Of a DNA stretch of 64,000 nucleotides, positions 39,280 through 48,477 are shown one piece after another. The notes under the pieces were generated by a model. The model saw only the letters and a list, made by a program, of their open reading frames with translations. It was not told the origin of the DNA and did not search any database. Position numbers and translations under genes: made by a program. How positions within the stretch are numbered: position 1 is the first letter of the stretch; each line of letters opens with the position of its first letter. This DNA is from a bacterium (lineage in GTDB: Archaea; Thermoplasmatota; E2; JACPAO01; JAHFTW01), in NCBI GenBank assembly GCA_040390065.1, contig JAZJZE010000006.1, positions 32,001 through 96,000 on the forward strand. The letters run 5' to 3'.

Positions 39280-39663
39280 CTACGACAAGTTCAGGATGGC
39301 CTGCGCCAGGTCGCCGTCGGTCTCCAGCAAGGCCTTGCGGGCTGCCGCCTCGGATGCGCTTGCCGCCTGCATGACGGTCTGGATGTCCTCCGGCGTGGGG
39401 GCGTATGCCGGGCTTGGCGCCTCCGCCGGTTGGGGCTTCGCTGCGGGCGCCGACCCTGCACGCTCGGAGACGTCCGGCTTGCCGACGACGGTCCAAGTCT
39501 CCTGGCCCTGCGCCTTCATCACCGAGACCTGGGCCTTGCGGAAGCGGTACTCCCTGTCGAGCGTGCGGATGGTGACCTCCTCGACGCCTTCGATGTCGCG
39601 CACGTCGATGCCCATGCGCTTCATCGCAGCCGCCATCGCCCGGGGGTCCATTCCCATCGCCAT
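39280..39663 (-). CDS. nac: Nascent polypeptide-associated complex protein
   Basis: MDPRAMAAAMKRMGIDVRDIEGVEEVTI..MKAQGQETW; C-terminal UBA EDIQTVMQAA..ARKALLETDGDLAQAI. Confidence 0.92.
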   Translation of the reverse strand: MAMGMDPRAMAAAMKRMGIDVRDIEGVEEVTIRTLDREYRFRKAQVSVMKAQGQETWTVVGKPDVSERAGSAPAAKPQPAEAPSPAYAPTPEDIQTVMQAASASEAAARKALLETDGDLAQAILNLS

Positions 39664-39707
39664 TGCAAAGGCCAAGCCTCAAGCCTCCTTGACGTTTTTG
39701 ACGCCCC

Positions 39708-41177
39708 GTGACAGGCGCCCCACCGGCGGCCATCCCATTGAGCGCCCGCGACGTGCGCCGCCTCGACGGCAACGCGGAGGAACTCGGCGTCCCCGTCGCA
39801 ACCCTGATGGCCAACGCGGGCCAGGCCGTCGCAGAAGCCGTCATGGATCATGTGCGCAAGGGCGGCGAGGCCCTCGTCATGGTGGGCAAGGGCAACAACG
39901 GCGGCGACGGGCTGGCCGCCGCGGTCGAGCTGCAGAGCCTCGGCCGCAAGGCGTGGGTCGTGCTTGCGGAGCCCCCCGAGCGGCTGTCGCGGCCGGCCGC
40001 CTCCTTCTTCAAGCGCCTCAAGCCCGGCTCCTGGATGGTGTGGACCGGTCGCCCCGCGCCCGGCTGGGCCAAGGTGCCGGTCGTCGTCGACGCCCTGCTG
40101 GGCATCGGCCTGTCGGGCCCGCCCCGGCCGCCCTACGCGCAGATGATCGAGTGGATGAACGCCCGCCGCCAGGCCGGCACGGAGGTCATCTCCTGCGACG
40201 TGCCAAGCGGCCTCGGTCACAAGCCCGCGGTACGCCCAACGCGCACCATCACCTTCCATGGCATCAAGGAAGGCATGCATGACCGCAACTGCGGCGCAAT
40301 CGAAGTCGCGGAGATCGGCATCCCGCCCGCCGCCGAGACGGACGTCGGCTTCGGCGACCTCGTCGTCGGCTATCCGGTCCCGGCCGCCGACTCGCACAAG
40401 GGCCAAAACGGCGTGCTCCTCATGATTGCCGGCTCGATCCCGTACTCGGGCGCGCCGTTCTATTCGGGGACCGCCGCCTACCGGACCGGCTGCGACCTGG
40501 TGCACGTCGCGACGGCTCTCGACGCCGCCCAAGCCATCCGTGGCTATGGGCCGCACATCATCGTGCACGACGTCTGCAAGGGCCCGCGGCTGCAGGTCGA
40601 GGCCATCCCGAACATCCGCCGGCTCTTGCCCCGCGCCTCGGCCGTCCTCGTGGGTCCGGGACTCGGCGACGACGCCCGGACACGGCGCGCCGTGGCCCAA
40701 GTCCTCAAGGATGCGGCCCGCCGCGACCTGCCCATCGTGGTCGACGCCGACGGACTCGACGCCATCACCCCTGCGCTTCTTGCCCGGCATGGACACAAGA
40801 TGGTCCTCACGCCGCATACCCGCGAGTTCGAGGACCTGACGGGCAAACCGGCGACGGACGGCAACGTGCAGGCTTACGCCGCCCAGTCGGGCGTCACCGT
40901 CTTGTGCAAGGGTGCCGTGCGCATCATCTCCGATGGCACTCGCATGCGATGGTGCCGCCGCGGCCATCCGACCCTGACAGTCGGCGGCATCGGCGACGTC
41001 ATCGCGGGCACGACGGCGGCTCTCATGGCCAAAGGTGCAGCGCCGTTCGATGCGGCCTGCGCGGCATCGTATCTCGTGGGCTGCGCTGGCGAGCAGGCCG
41101 CGGAGATGTGGAGCTACGGCGCGACCGCGACCGACGTGGCCAACGCGATTCCCGCCGTCCTGCGACGCCTACCGTGA
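39708..41177 (+). CDS. nnr: Bifunctional NAD(P)H-hydrate epimerase/dehydratase
   Basis: LMANAG, GKGNNGGDG, DALLGIG, DVPSG, SHKGQNG, VGPGLG, VDADGL, LTPHTREF, GGIGDVIAG. Confidence 0.93.
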   Translation: MTGAPPAAIPLSARDVRRLDGNAEELGVPVATLMANAGQAVAEAVMDHVRKGGEALVMVGKGNNGGDGLAAAVELQSLGRKAWVVLAEPPERLSRPAASFFKRLKPGSWMVWTGRPAPGWAKVPVVVDALLGIGLSGPPRPPYAQMIEWMNARRQAGTEVISCDVPSGLGHKPAVRPTRTITFHGIKEGMHDRNCGAIEVAEIGIPPAAETDVGFGDLVVGYPVPAADSHKGQNGVLLMIAGSIPYSGAPFYSGTAAYRTGCDLVHVATALDAAQAIRGYGPHIIVHDVCKGPRLQVEAIPNIRRLLPRASAVLVGPGLGDDARTRRAVAQVLKDAARRDLPIVVDADGLDAITPALLARHGHKMVLTPHTREFEDLTGKPATDGNVQAYAAQSGVTVLCKGAVRIISDGTRMRWCRRGHPTLTVGGIGDVIAGTTAALMAKGAAPFDAACAASYLVGCAGEQAAEMWSYGATATDVANAIPAVLRRLP

Positions 41178-41233
41178 CGCACAGGCCGAGGCCTGACCGA
41201 ATCAGGCCATGAGACGACGCGCGTTCCTTGCAT

Positions 41234-41827
41234 GTGCGCTGGCGCCTACGTCCCCTCCTCATCGCGGCAATCCTGGAACTAGCGGGCCTCGCATGGCTGG
41301 CCCACGGCAGCCCCATCCTCGACATCGCGCCAGCCGATGCCGCGGGCTTCGAAGGCCAAGGCCCCGTGCGCATCGCGGGCATGGCCTCCGATGTTGCGCC
41401 GGCCCCTTCGGGCTCGACCAGATTCCTGCTTCGCGCGGACGGTGCTGCCATCGCCGTGCAAGTCGATGGACCTGTGGCGCTGGGCGACGGTGTCTGGGTC
41501 GCCGCGCAGGGCCGCGTCATGCGTCAAGGCGGACGGCTCACGCTCGCCGTCGGGTCCGCCGACGACGTGCATGCCGAAGCCGGGCCAGATCCGCAGACGC
41601 CGTCATGGGCCCAACTGGCGGCATCACCGTCAGCCTGGCATGACCGACGCATCCGCCTGGCGGGAGACATCGACCGGGGCAGCCTCGCGGACAAAGACGG
41701 CCACCGCATCCAACTCGGCGCCGGGGACTGGCCCAAGGTCGGCGCCGTCGAAGCCACCGGCTTCATCGAGTACGCGGCCGGCTGCCTGTGCGAACGCATG
41801 GTCGCCTCTCTGGTGCGCCTGACCTGA
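41234..41827 (+). CDS. Hypothetical membrane-anchored protein, possibly two OB-fold-like units
   Basis: N-terminal TM; VRIAG...VAAQGRV and IRLAG...VEATG patterns; its stop overlaps the next ATG. Confidence 0.6.
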   Translation: MRWRLRPLLIAAILELAGLAWLAHGSPILDIAPADAAGFEGQGPVRIAGMASDVAPAPSGSTRFLLRADGAAIAVQVDGPVALGDGVWVAAQGRVMRQGGRLTLAVGSADDVHAEAGPDPQTPSWAQLAASPSAWHDRRIRLAGDIDRGSLADKDGHRIQLGAGDWPKVGAVEATGFIEYAAGCLCERMVASLVRLT

Positions 41828-43074
41828 TGGACGTCTGGGCCGTGTCCGGTTGGACCGCGTTGGGCGCGCTTGCTGGAGCGACGGGCTTGCTCCCGGGCTT
41901 CCACGTCAACACCTTGGTCGCGCTCGCTTTGGCGGCCGCTTGGACCGGGACCGGCCCCGCCCTCGCCTTCGTGGCGGCAGCCGCGTCCCATGCCGTCTTT
42001 GCGGTCCTGCCCGCGACGTACGTCGGCGTCCCGGGCGATGACACGGCCATCGCCGTCCTTCCCGCCCAGCGCCTGGCACGCGACGGCCGCGGCCGCGAAG
42101 CGGTCCGCATCGGTACGGACGCCGTGTTGTTGGCGACGGTATTGGCCATCGTCGTGCTCCTGCCGGCCAAGTGGCTGCTTGCCGAGCCCGTGGGTTTAGC
42201 AGGCCGCATCGCAGGTGCCCTTCCCTGGATCTTGGCCGCCAGTCTGCTCGTGCTGCTATTGGGCGAACGCCGCAAGGGCTGGCCCCGCGTCGCCTGGGCT
42301 GCCGGCGTGCAACTCGCCGCGGGCTGCGTTGGACTTCTCGCAAGCGGCATGCACATGGGTGGACTCATTGCCATGCCGTCGCCACAACTTCTGCCTCTCT
42401 TTGCCGGCCTCTTCGGCGCAGCGGGCCTCGCAGCCAGTCTCGCGTCCGCGCGCCCCATCCCGACGGCGGTCGTCGAGACCAACCCGACGGTGAGCCGTCG
42501 CCTCACGGCGGCCGGAGTGCGCGGCGTCGCAGCCGGTCTGTGCACGGTCGCCGTCCCCGGCCTGACCCCGGCCGTCGCAGCCAGCATTGCCTACGGACGG
42601 CAACGCGACGACCCGAGGCCGGCGCTCGCAGCCCTCACGGCGACGGCCACGGCGCATCAGACCCTCGCCGTCGGCCTCTTGTTCGTCACCCTCCATGCAC
42701 GCACGGGACTGGCGGCCGGCGTCGCCGGGCCCAGCGGCGTCGACCCATGGACGGTCGGTCGACCACCGCCGCAGCTGCTCGACCTCCTCGTGGCCGCATT
42801 GCTGGCCACCCTCCTCGCATGGTGGGTCGTGCGGCGCATCGAACGAGCCGTCCGCCGCGGTCTGGCATGGTTGCCCCATCGCCTGCCGGAATGGCTGGCG
42901 CTTGCGTTCCTCGTCGCGCTCGTCATCACGCTGAGCGGCGCATCGGGCCTCGCGCTCTTCGCCACCTCGGCAACCATCGGCCTTCTGCCAATCGTCCTCG
43001 GGACACGCCGCGTGCACCTCGTGGCGTGCGTCGCGCTGCCCCTTCTGGCATCGCAACTCGGGCTTACGCCTTGA
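41827..43074 (+). CDS. Tripartite tricarboxylate transporter TctA-family permease (archaeal type)
   Basis: TGLLPGFHVNTL, PATYVGVP, VLPAQRL..GRG.EAV, LLPLFAGLFG, IGLLP...RRVHL. Confidence 0.85.
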   Translation: MDVWAVSGWTALGALAGATGLLPGFHVNTLVALALAAAWTGTGPALAFVAAAASHAVFAVLPATYVGVPGDDTAIAVLPAQRLARDGRGREAVRIGTDAVLLATVLAIVVLLPAKWLLAEPVGLAGRIAGALPWILAASLLVLLLGERRKGWPRVAWAAGVQLAAGCVGLLASGMHMGGLIAMPSPQLLPLFAGLFGAAGLAASLASARPIPTAVVETNPTVSRRLTAAGVRGVAAGLCTVAVPGLTPAVAASIAYGRQRDDPRPALAALTATATAHQTLAVGLLFVTLHARTGLAAGVAGPSGVDPWTVGRPPPQLLDLLVAALLATLLAWWVVRRIERAVRRGLAWLPHRLPEWLALAFLVALVITLSGASGLALFATSATIGLLPIVLGTRRVHLVACVALPLLASQLGLTP

Positions 43075-43522
43075 TGCCCGCCGCCTCGCCCACGTCAAGG
43101 CCAGCCTCGGCGGCAAGCCACAGAAGCGCCGCCCAAGCCGTGAGCAAGCCGCCCATGCGCGCCTGGCGTTCGGCGACGGCCGCAAGAACCGCGGGTCGTC
43201 CCGCGTTGGTCCGTTGCGCGACTTTGTCAAGCCACGTCGCAAAGGGGTCCGCTGCGGCGGTCGGCGCCTCGGCGGGGGCGGCTGCTGCCGGGCGAAAACC
43301 CCGCGGCGCGTCGACGGAATCCGCAGGGAATGCCAAACGCAAGGCCTCGCCGTCAACGCGAAGCACGCCAGCCGCGGTGGCTCGCGTGACGAAGGTGCGC
43401 GCCTCCCCCGGCGCCATCCAGCCCAGGCCGAGGGACAGGTGGTGAGCCCAATCCGCCGCCGGCATCGCGGCGCGGCCGCTGCGCCGCGCCACGAAGGCCA
43501 AGGCGGTCTCGACGTCTCCCAC
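43064..43522 (-). CDS. DUF2240-like archaeal protein
   Basis: LSLGLGWMAPGEARTFVTRA...GVL...PRGFRP pattern; convergent with TctA (11-bp overlap). Confidence 0.7.
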   Translation of the reverse strand: MGDVETALAFVARRSGRAAMPAADWAHHLSLGLGWMAPGEARTFVTRATAAGVLRVDGEALRLAFPADSVDAPRGFRPAAAAPAEAPTAAADPFATWLDKVAQRTNAGRPAVLAAVAERQARMGGLLTAWAALLWLAAEAGLDVGEAAGIKA

Positions 43523-43573
43523 AACCAGTTCGACCAGGCGCGCCTATGTAAGCGCCGTGGGCATCGAAGGGGC

Positions 43574-43634
43574 GCCGCGATGATGATGACTCCCGCGACT
43601 GAACCGTGACGAGAAGACGGGCGGGCTGAGCGGC
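43574..43634 (+). ncRNA. Box C/D methylation-guide sRNA
   Basis: 5-bp terminal stem GCCGC/GCGGC; C box ATGATGA (43580); 12-nt guide; D' CTGA (43599); C' GTGACGA (43606); 13-nt guide; D CTGA (43626). Intergenic, with AT-rich TATGTAA about 30 nt upstream. Confidence 0.85.
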
Positions 43635-43697
43635 ACGACCTGCAAACAGGTCGATCATTTGTGCGTGGGGCCTCGCCGTGCTCGGCCCCACAGAACC

Positions 43698-43755
43698 GCG
43701 GGGGGCGCTGCCCCCCGCCCCTAGCCCCCCGCGCGGGGGCGCTCCCGCCCCCGCG
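43698..43755. repeat. Twin GC-rich hairpins (REP-like)
   Basis: GCGGGGGG-CGCTG-CCCCCCGC (43698-43718) and CGCGGGGGCG-CTCC-CGCCCCCGCG (43732-43755). Confidence 0.55.
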
Positions 43756-43892
43756 ACCCCCTGAGAGCTCGCGCCCCCCGGGCGCTCGCGCGGACGCACG
43801 CATCGCCAGGCATGTCCCCGAGGAGGGCAACCGCTTCTGCCTTCACGGAACCGACAACAACCCTTATCGCCGCGGCTGGCCGACGCGGAGGC

Positions 43893-44432
43893 ATGCGCAT
43901 GATCATGGCCATGGGGGCGGCGTTTGCAATGATGCTTGCCGGATGCAGCGGCGGCAACAACGACACCGGCACCTCCGGAGGCGACGGCTCGGGCTGCGCC
44001 GGCACCGAGTGCACGAGCGGCGGCCCGACCGACCCGGGACCGGGCGGCGGGTCGGCAGCATCTGCGGGCCCGCATTGGAGCCAGCAGAACGTCACGCACC
44101 AATTCACTGCGACGGCGGCCGGGTCGTCGGGCGCCCTCGGCTCCCTCGTCACCTTCACGCTTCCTGAGAACACGACGGCGGTCTGGTTCAATGTCACCAT
44201 CACCGCTAGCGTGCCGGGCGGCACCCCAGCCACGGAGTTCGTGTGCGACTTCCAGGACTCGGACCACTTCACGCCCACCGCCGAAACCCAAGCCACGTTC
44301 ACGACGTCCAACGACGCGGGCCAAGTCAAGGTGTCCAAGCCGATGCAGGGGGACTGGCGCATCGCGATTACCTCCACCGGCGCGCCGAATCAGGGAACCT
44401 TCGTCCTCAACGTCAACAGCCTGGTGCCGTAG
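43893..44432 (+). CDS. Hypothetical lipoprotein with a C-terminal beta-sandwich
   Basis: Lipobox MLAGC, Gly/Ser/Thr linker, PMQGDWRIAI motif. Confidence 0.75.
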   Translation: MRMIMAMGAAFAMMLAGCSGGNNDTGTSGGDGSGCAGTECTSGGPTDPGPGGGSAASAGPHWSQQNVTHQFTATAAGSSGALGSLVTFTLPENTTAVWFNVTITASVPGGTPATEFVCDFQDSDHFTPTAETQATFTTSNDAGQVKVSKPMQGDWRIAITSTGAPNQGTFVLNVNSLVP

Positions 44433-44493
44433 AGAAACGACGCAACCTGCCACCGGCGTCCTCTTATATCGCGGGTTTTTGGGCCGACCCAAC

Positions 44494-44564
44494 GCGCCCG
44501 TAGTCTAGTGGTAGGACTTTACCTTGCCAAGGTAAAAGCGTGGGTTCAAATCCCGCCGGGCGCA
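44494..44564 (+). tRNA. tRNA-Gly(GCC), no intron, CCA not encoded
   Basis: Acceptor stem GCGCCCG/CGGGCGC-A; D arm GTCT-AGTGGT-AGGAC; anticodon stem TTACC/GGTAA with loop TTGCCAA; T loop TTCAAAT; TTATAT promoter at 44464. Confidence 0.97.
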
Positions 44565-44852
44565 CTGAAGCGAGCCGAGGCGGGCCCGCGGCCGTGCCCA
44601 TGGCTGCTGAGGTTGCGGACGGCGGGATTTGCCGAGCGCCCCGCCGAAGCGGCGCGATGGGAACGGCCCGGCCGAACTCGTTCGGCCGGGCCGCCAAATC
44701 CCGCCGGGCGCACTGGACAAGGCGGCCGTGGCGCCGCTGCGCACGGCCCGCCGTTGCGACTGGCGGGTTTGCCAAGCGCCATGCAAAGCGGCGCGATGGG
44801 AACGGGCCGGCCGAACTCGTTCGGCCGGGCCGCCAAATCCCGCCGGGCGCAC
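44565..44852 (+). repeat. Two tandem ~140-150-bp units, each ending in the tRNA-Gly 3' end
   Basis: CAAATCCCGCCGGGCGCAC at 44547, 44695 and 44834. The 67-bp blocks 44647-44713 and 44786-44852 differ at one base and contain a 14-bp inverted repeat. Confidence 0.9.
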
Positions 44853-44865
44853 CGAATCCACCCCG

Positions 44866-45255
44866 TCAGTGGAACGTCTTGGTCCGCTTGAGTTGGCCGT
44901 CCTTCCCATAGAACTTCCACAGGCCGATGCGCTTGCCGTGGTTCCAGAGGCCCTTGTCGCAAACGACGCCCGTGCCGCCGAAGCAGCGCGTCCAGATGCC
45001 ATGCTGCTGGCCGTCCTTGAACGGACCCCACTGCCGCAGCGTGCCGTTCTCGGCGTTCCATTTCCACATTCCCTCGTATTGGCCTGCAACAAGCCGGCCC
45101 CACGCCTTCAAGTTCCCGTTGCGCAAATAGAATTTCCACGGGCCGTGGCGCTTGCCCGCGACGTAGCGGCCGACAGATTCGAGCTGGCCGTTTGCGAAGT
45201 AGGCCTTGACGAGGCCGGGGGGCTTGGCGCGTTCCCCTTTCGGTTTGCCCTGCAT
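44866..45255 (-). CDS. MORN-variant repeat protein (YwqK-like)
   Basis: Repeats of Y..NG.L...G.Y..GKRHGPWKFY. Confidence 0.8.
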   Translation of the reverse strand: MQGKPKGERAKPPGLVKAYFANGQLESVGRYVAGKRHGPWKFYLRNGNLKAWGRLVAGQYEGMWKWNAENGTLRQWGPFKDGQQHGIWTRCFGGTGVVCDKGLWNHGKRIGLWKFYGKDGQLKRTKTFH

Positions 45256-45259
45256 GGCA

Positions 45260-46816
45260 TCACAGCGGGATGTTGCCGTGCTTGCGCTTCGGCCCGTCGC
45301 TTCTCTTGTTGACCAGCGTCTCGAGGGCGCGGATGAGCGCCGGCCGCGTCTCCTGCGGTTCGATGACGTCGTCGATGTAGCCCTTGCGCGCGGCGACGTA
45401 GGGGCTTGCGAACTTGGCGCGGTAGTCGGCGACGAGTTGGTCGCGTTTGCGCTTCAAGTCGGCGCCGTGCAGGCCCTTGAGTTCGTTGCGGAAGACGATG
45501 TTGACGGCGCCTTCGGGCCCCATCACGGCGATTTCTGCCGTCGGCCAGGCGACGTTGTAGTCTGCGCGGACGTGTTTGCTGCACATGACATCGTAGGCGC
45601 CGCCGTACGCCTTGCGCGTGATGACCGTGAGTTTCGGCACCGTCGCCTCCGCGTACGCGTACAGGAGTTTGGCGCCGTGGCGGATGATGCCGCCGAGTTC
45701 CTGCTGCACGCCGGGGAGGAAGCCGGGGACGTCGACGAAGGTGACGAGCGGGATGTTGAAGGCGTCGCAGAAGCGGACGAAGCGCGCGGCCTTGACGGAG
45801 GCGTTGATGTCCAGGACGCCGGCGAGGTGGTTGGGCTGGTTTGCCACGATGCCGACGCTGTGGCCGTTGAGGCGCGCGAATCCGACCACGATGTTCTTGG
45901 CGAAGTCGGGTTGGATCTCGAGGAACTTGGCGTTGTCGACGACGGCGCGCACGACGGCGGTGATGTCGTACGGTTTGTCGGGGGAATCAGGGACGAGTCG
46001 GGGCAGGTTCTCGTCCATGCGGTTGGGCGAGTCGTTGGCCTCGACGAGTGGCGGTTCGGCGAGGTTGTTCGATGGCATGAACGACAAGAGTTCGCGAACA
46101 CCGCGCAGGCATGCCTCTTCGTCCTCGAAGGAAAGGTGGGCGACGCCGGACGTCGCCGCGTGGGTGTGCGCTCCGCCGAGTTCGTCGAAGGTGACCTCCT
46201 CGCCGGTCACGGTCTTGATGACTTCCGGGCCGGTGATGAACATATGGCTCGTGCCCTCGACCATGCAGACAAAATCCGTGATGGCCGGCGAGTAGACTGC
46301 GCCGCCGGCGCAAGGGCCGAGGATGGCGCTGATCTGCGGCACGACGCCCGAGGCTCGCGTATTGCGCCAGAAGATCTCCGCGTAGCCTCCGAGGGCCACG
46401 ACGCCTTCCTGGATGCGGGCGCCGCCGGAATCGTTCAGGCCGACGACGGGTGCGCCGTTCTGCACGGCGAGGTCCATGACCTTGCAGATCTTCTCGGCGT
46501 ACACGCCGCCGAGGCTGCCGCCAAGGACCGTGAAGTCCTGCGAGAAGACGTAGACGACGCGGCCCTCGACCGTTCCCCAGCCAGTCACGACGCCGTCGCC
46601 GAGGAAGAGCTTCTTGTCCATGCCGAAGTCGTGGCTGTCGTGCTCGCGCAAGGCGTCGAGTTCGACGAAGGAGCCTGGGTCGAGGAGGATCTCGAGCCTT
46701 TCGCGGGCCGTGTACTTGCCCGCTTGGTGCTGCTTCTCGACGCGCTCGGCGCCGCCGCCGGCCAGGGACTCCGCCTTGCGGGTGCGAAGCTGGGCGACCT
46801 TCTCTTCGACGCTCAA
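45260..46816 (-). CDS. pccB: Acyl-CoA carboxylase carboxyltransferase subunit (PccB/MmdA-like)
   Basis: [69 protein letters not shown]; TTG start. Confidence 0.92.
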   Translation of the reverse strand: MSVEEKVAQLRTRKAESLAGGGAERVEKQHQAGKYTARERLEILLDPGSFVELDALREHDSHDFGMDKKLFLGDGVVTGWGTVEGRVVYVFSQDFTVLGGSLGGVYAEKICKVMDLAVQNGAPVVGLNDSGGARIQEGVVALGGYAEIFWRNTRASGVVPQISAILGPCAGGAVYSPAITDFVCMVEGTSHMFITGPEVIKTVTGEEVTFDELGGAHTHAATSGVAHLSFEDEEACLRGVRELLSFMPSNNLAEPPLVEANDSPNRMDENLPRLVPDSPDKPYDITAVVRAVVDNAKFLEIQPDFAKNIVVGFARLNGHSVGIVANQPNHLAGVLDINASVKAARFVRFCDAFNIPLVTFVDVPGFLPGVQQELGGIIRHGAKLLYAYAEATVPKLTVITRKAYGGAYDVMCSKHVRADYNVAWPTAEIAVMGPEGAVNIVFRNELKGLHGADLKRKRDQLVADYRAKFASPYVAARKGYIDDVIEPQETRPALIRALETLVNKRSDGPKRKHGNIPL

Positions 46817-46849
46817 GGCGAAGTGCCCAGTGGTGGGGACTAGGAGTAG

Positions 46850-47746
46850 TTAACGGCCGCCGCCCCGTTGCACGAGGTGGAGGAGAACCAGACCGCATGC
46901 CGTTGCGTATAGGCCGAGACTTGCCGCCCGAGCCATGCGTCGGCCCGTGGAGACTTGCACGTGTGCAACGACTGCCAGCAGCCCCACGACGATGGCGACG
47001 CCGACGGCCGCGATCGTGCCCGACCACAGGCTCGCGACCCCGAGGCACAGGGCGGCCTCCAGGCCCCACGCGTACAACTCGGCGCCGGACGTTCCGAAGC
47101 GCACGGCCAAGGTGCGTTTTCCCGCGGCCCCATCGGACTCCCGGGACGCAAGGTTATGGTGTACGAGCACGACCACGGCGGCCAGGCCCACCAGAATTCC
47201 TGGGAGCACCGCGGAGCCAGGAATCCATCCATCGCCCAGAGCGGCCGTTGCCCAGAGGGGGATCGGTCCGAACCCGAAGAACGTCACGAGCTCGCCCCAT
47301 CCACGATGGCTGAGCCGCAGCGGCGGGCCATGGTAGACGTAGAGCAGAACGACGCCGACGGTCGACAGCAGAGGCACGGTCCACGACGGGTGCCGCAGCC
47401 AGGGGAAGAGTCCGCAGGCGGCGGCGAGTGCCACGAGGATGGCCGCGGCGGCGAGGAGGGAGTTCGGAGCCGCAAGCCGTGCCATGCTGTGGCGCTTCAC
47501 GCGGTCCGCGCGCGTGGCCGCGTCGAAGGCGTCGTTGGCGACGTTCGTGGCCCCATGCAGAAGGAGGAAGCCCAAGATGGGGAAAAACCAAAGCGAAAGG
47601 GGAAAGGGGGAAGCGGTGGAGAGAGTCGACGCCGCGCCAACCAGGGGCGGCAACAGGCCAACGACGTAGATGGGCGGGTCGATGGCGCGCAGCCAGCGGC
47701 GCCACGACGGCGTTTCAACGGATGAAACCGATATTCGCGTTGACAT
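46850..47746 (-). CDS. menA: UbiA-family prenyltransferase, MenA-like
   Basis: HGATNVANDAFDAATRAD; YHGPPLRLSHRGWGE; HHNL...SD.AAGKRTLAVRFG; multiple TM helices. Start is uncertain. Confidence 0.75.
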   Translation of the reverse strand: MSTRISVSSVETPSWRRWLRAIDPPIYVVGLLPPLVGAASTLSTASPFPLSLWFFPILGFLLLHGATNVANDAFDAATRADRVKRHSMARLAAPNSLLAAAAILVALAAACGLFPWLRHPSWTVPLLSTVGVVLLYVYHGPPLRLSHRGWGELVTFFGFGPIPLWATAALGDGWIPGSAVLPGILVGLAAVVVLVHHNLASRESDGAAGKRTLAVRFGTSGAELYAWGLEAALCLGVASLWSGTIAAVGVAIVVGLLAVVAHVQVSTGRRMARAASLGLYATACGLVLLHLVQRGGGR

Positions 47747-47787
47747 CGGTGGCATCGGTTCCATCTGTTGACCCGCGGGCGGGGGCC

Positions 47788-48399
47788 CTAAGCCACCATC
47801 GGGTCTTCGAGCTTCAGCTTCGCCAAGGCCTCGGAGTACCACTTGGCGTGCTGGGCCTCACTGGCCTGGACGCACTCGTACATGGCGGCCAAGCGGACCT
47901 GGCCGGCGGCGTGGGCCGCGCGCGCGAACTCGGGGTACGTCTTGGTCGACTCGATGTTCTCGACCGAGATGGCCACATGCAGCATGCGCTCGGCGACCTG
48001 GCGGCGCAGCGCGGGCTCGTTGTGTACGCGGCGCGACACGGCGGCGACGAGTTCTTCCTGCTCGGCAATCTGGGCGCGGATCTGCTTCGCGGCCTCGGAC
48101 GGCGGCGCGTCGGCGGCGAAGGCCTTCGCCGTCAGTTCGGGGTCGGCTTCGCGCATCCAGATGGCGTGCAGTTTCTCCTCGCCGGCGACCTTCGCAAACA
48201 GGTTCGCAAGGTCTTCGTAGCCCGCGGCGCGCGCGACCTTCGAGAATCCGGTGTAGAGCGAGTCGTTCTCGTACTCCTCGACCTCGACGCCGGCGCGGAA
48301 GTTGTCGGCGATGGTGATGCCGACCTCGGCCTCGCGGAAGAAGCGTTCAATGGCATCCAGTTGTGCGTCCCCGGTGGGGACAAAGTCATCGTTGCTCAT
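47788..48399 (-). CDS. Rubrerythrin-family di-iron protein without a rubredoxin domain
   Basis: E..E...Y..F...A...G....A.LF...A.EEKLHA, then E..E...YPEFA..A...G....SEAQHA; no CxxC tail. Confidence 0.85.
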   Translation of the reverse strand: MSNDDFVPTGDAQLDAIERFFREAEVGITIADNFRAGVEVEEYENDSLYTGFSKVARAAGYEDLANLFAKVAGEEKLHAIWMREADPELTAKAFAADAPPSEAAKQIRAQIAEQEELVAAVSRRVHNEPALRRQVAERMLHVAISVENIESTKTYPEFARAAHAAGQVRLAAMYECVQASEAQHAKWYSEALAKLKLEDPMVA

Positions 48400-48477
48400 G
48401 GAGGGTGGCTCCATCCTCCTCTCATCGCCCCCCGAGTATAAGGAAGGCCGAAGGAAACAACTTGCGCGAAGTTGCAA

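Noticed and set aside
44565-45255. Provirus or genomic island at tRNA-Gly
   Set aside because: No integrase or viral genes; the att-like copies enclose only about 290 bp and housekeeping genes resume within 0.5 kb.
44866-45255. Toxin-antitoxin pair around the YwqK-like gene
   Set aside because: No adjacent toxin ORF; MORN-variant repeats alone do not imply a TA system.
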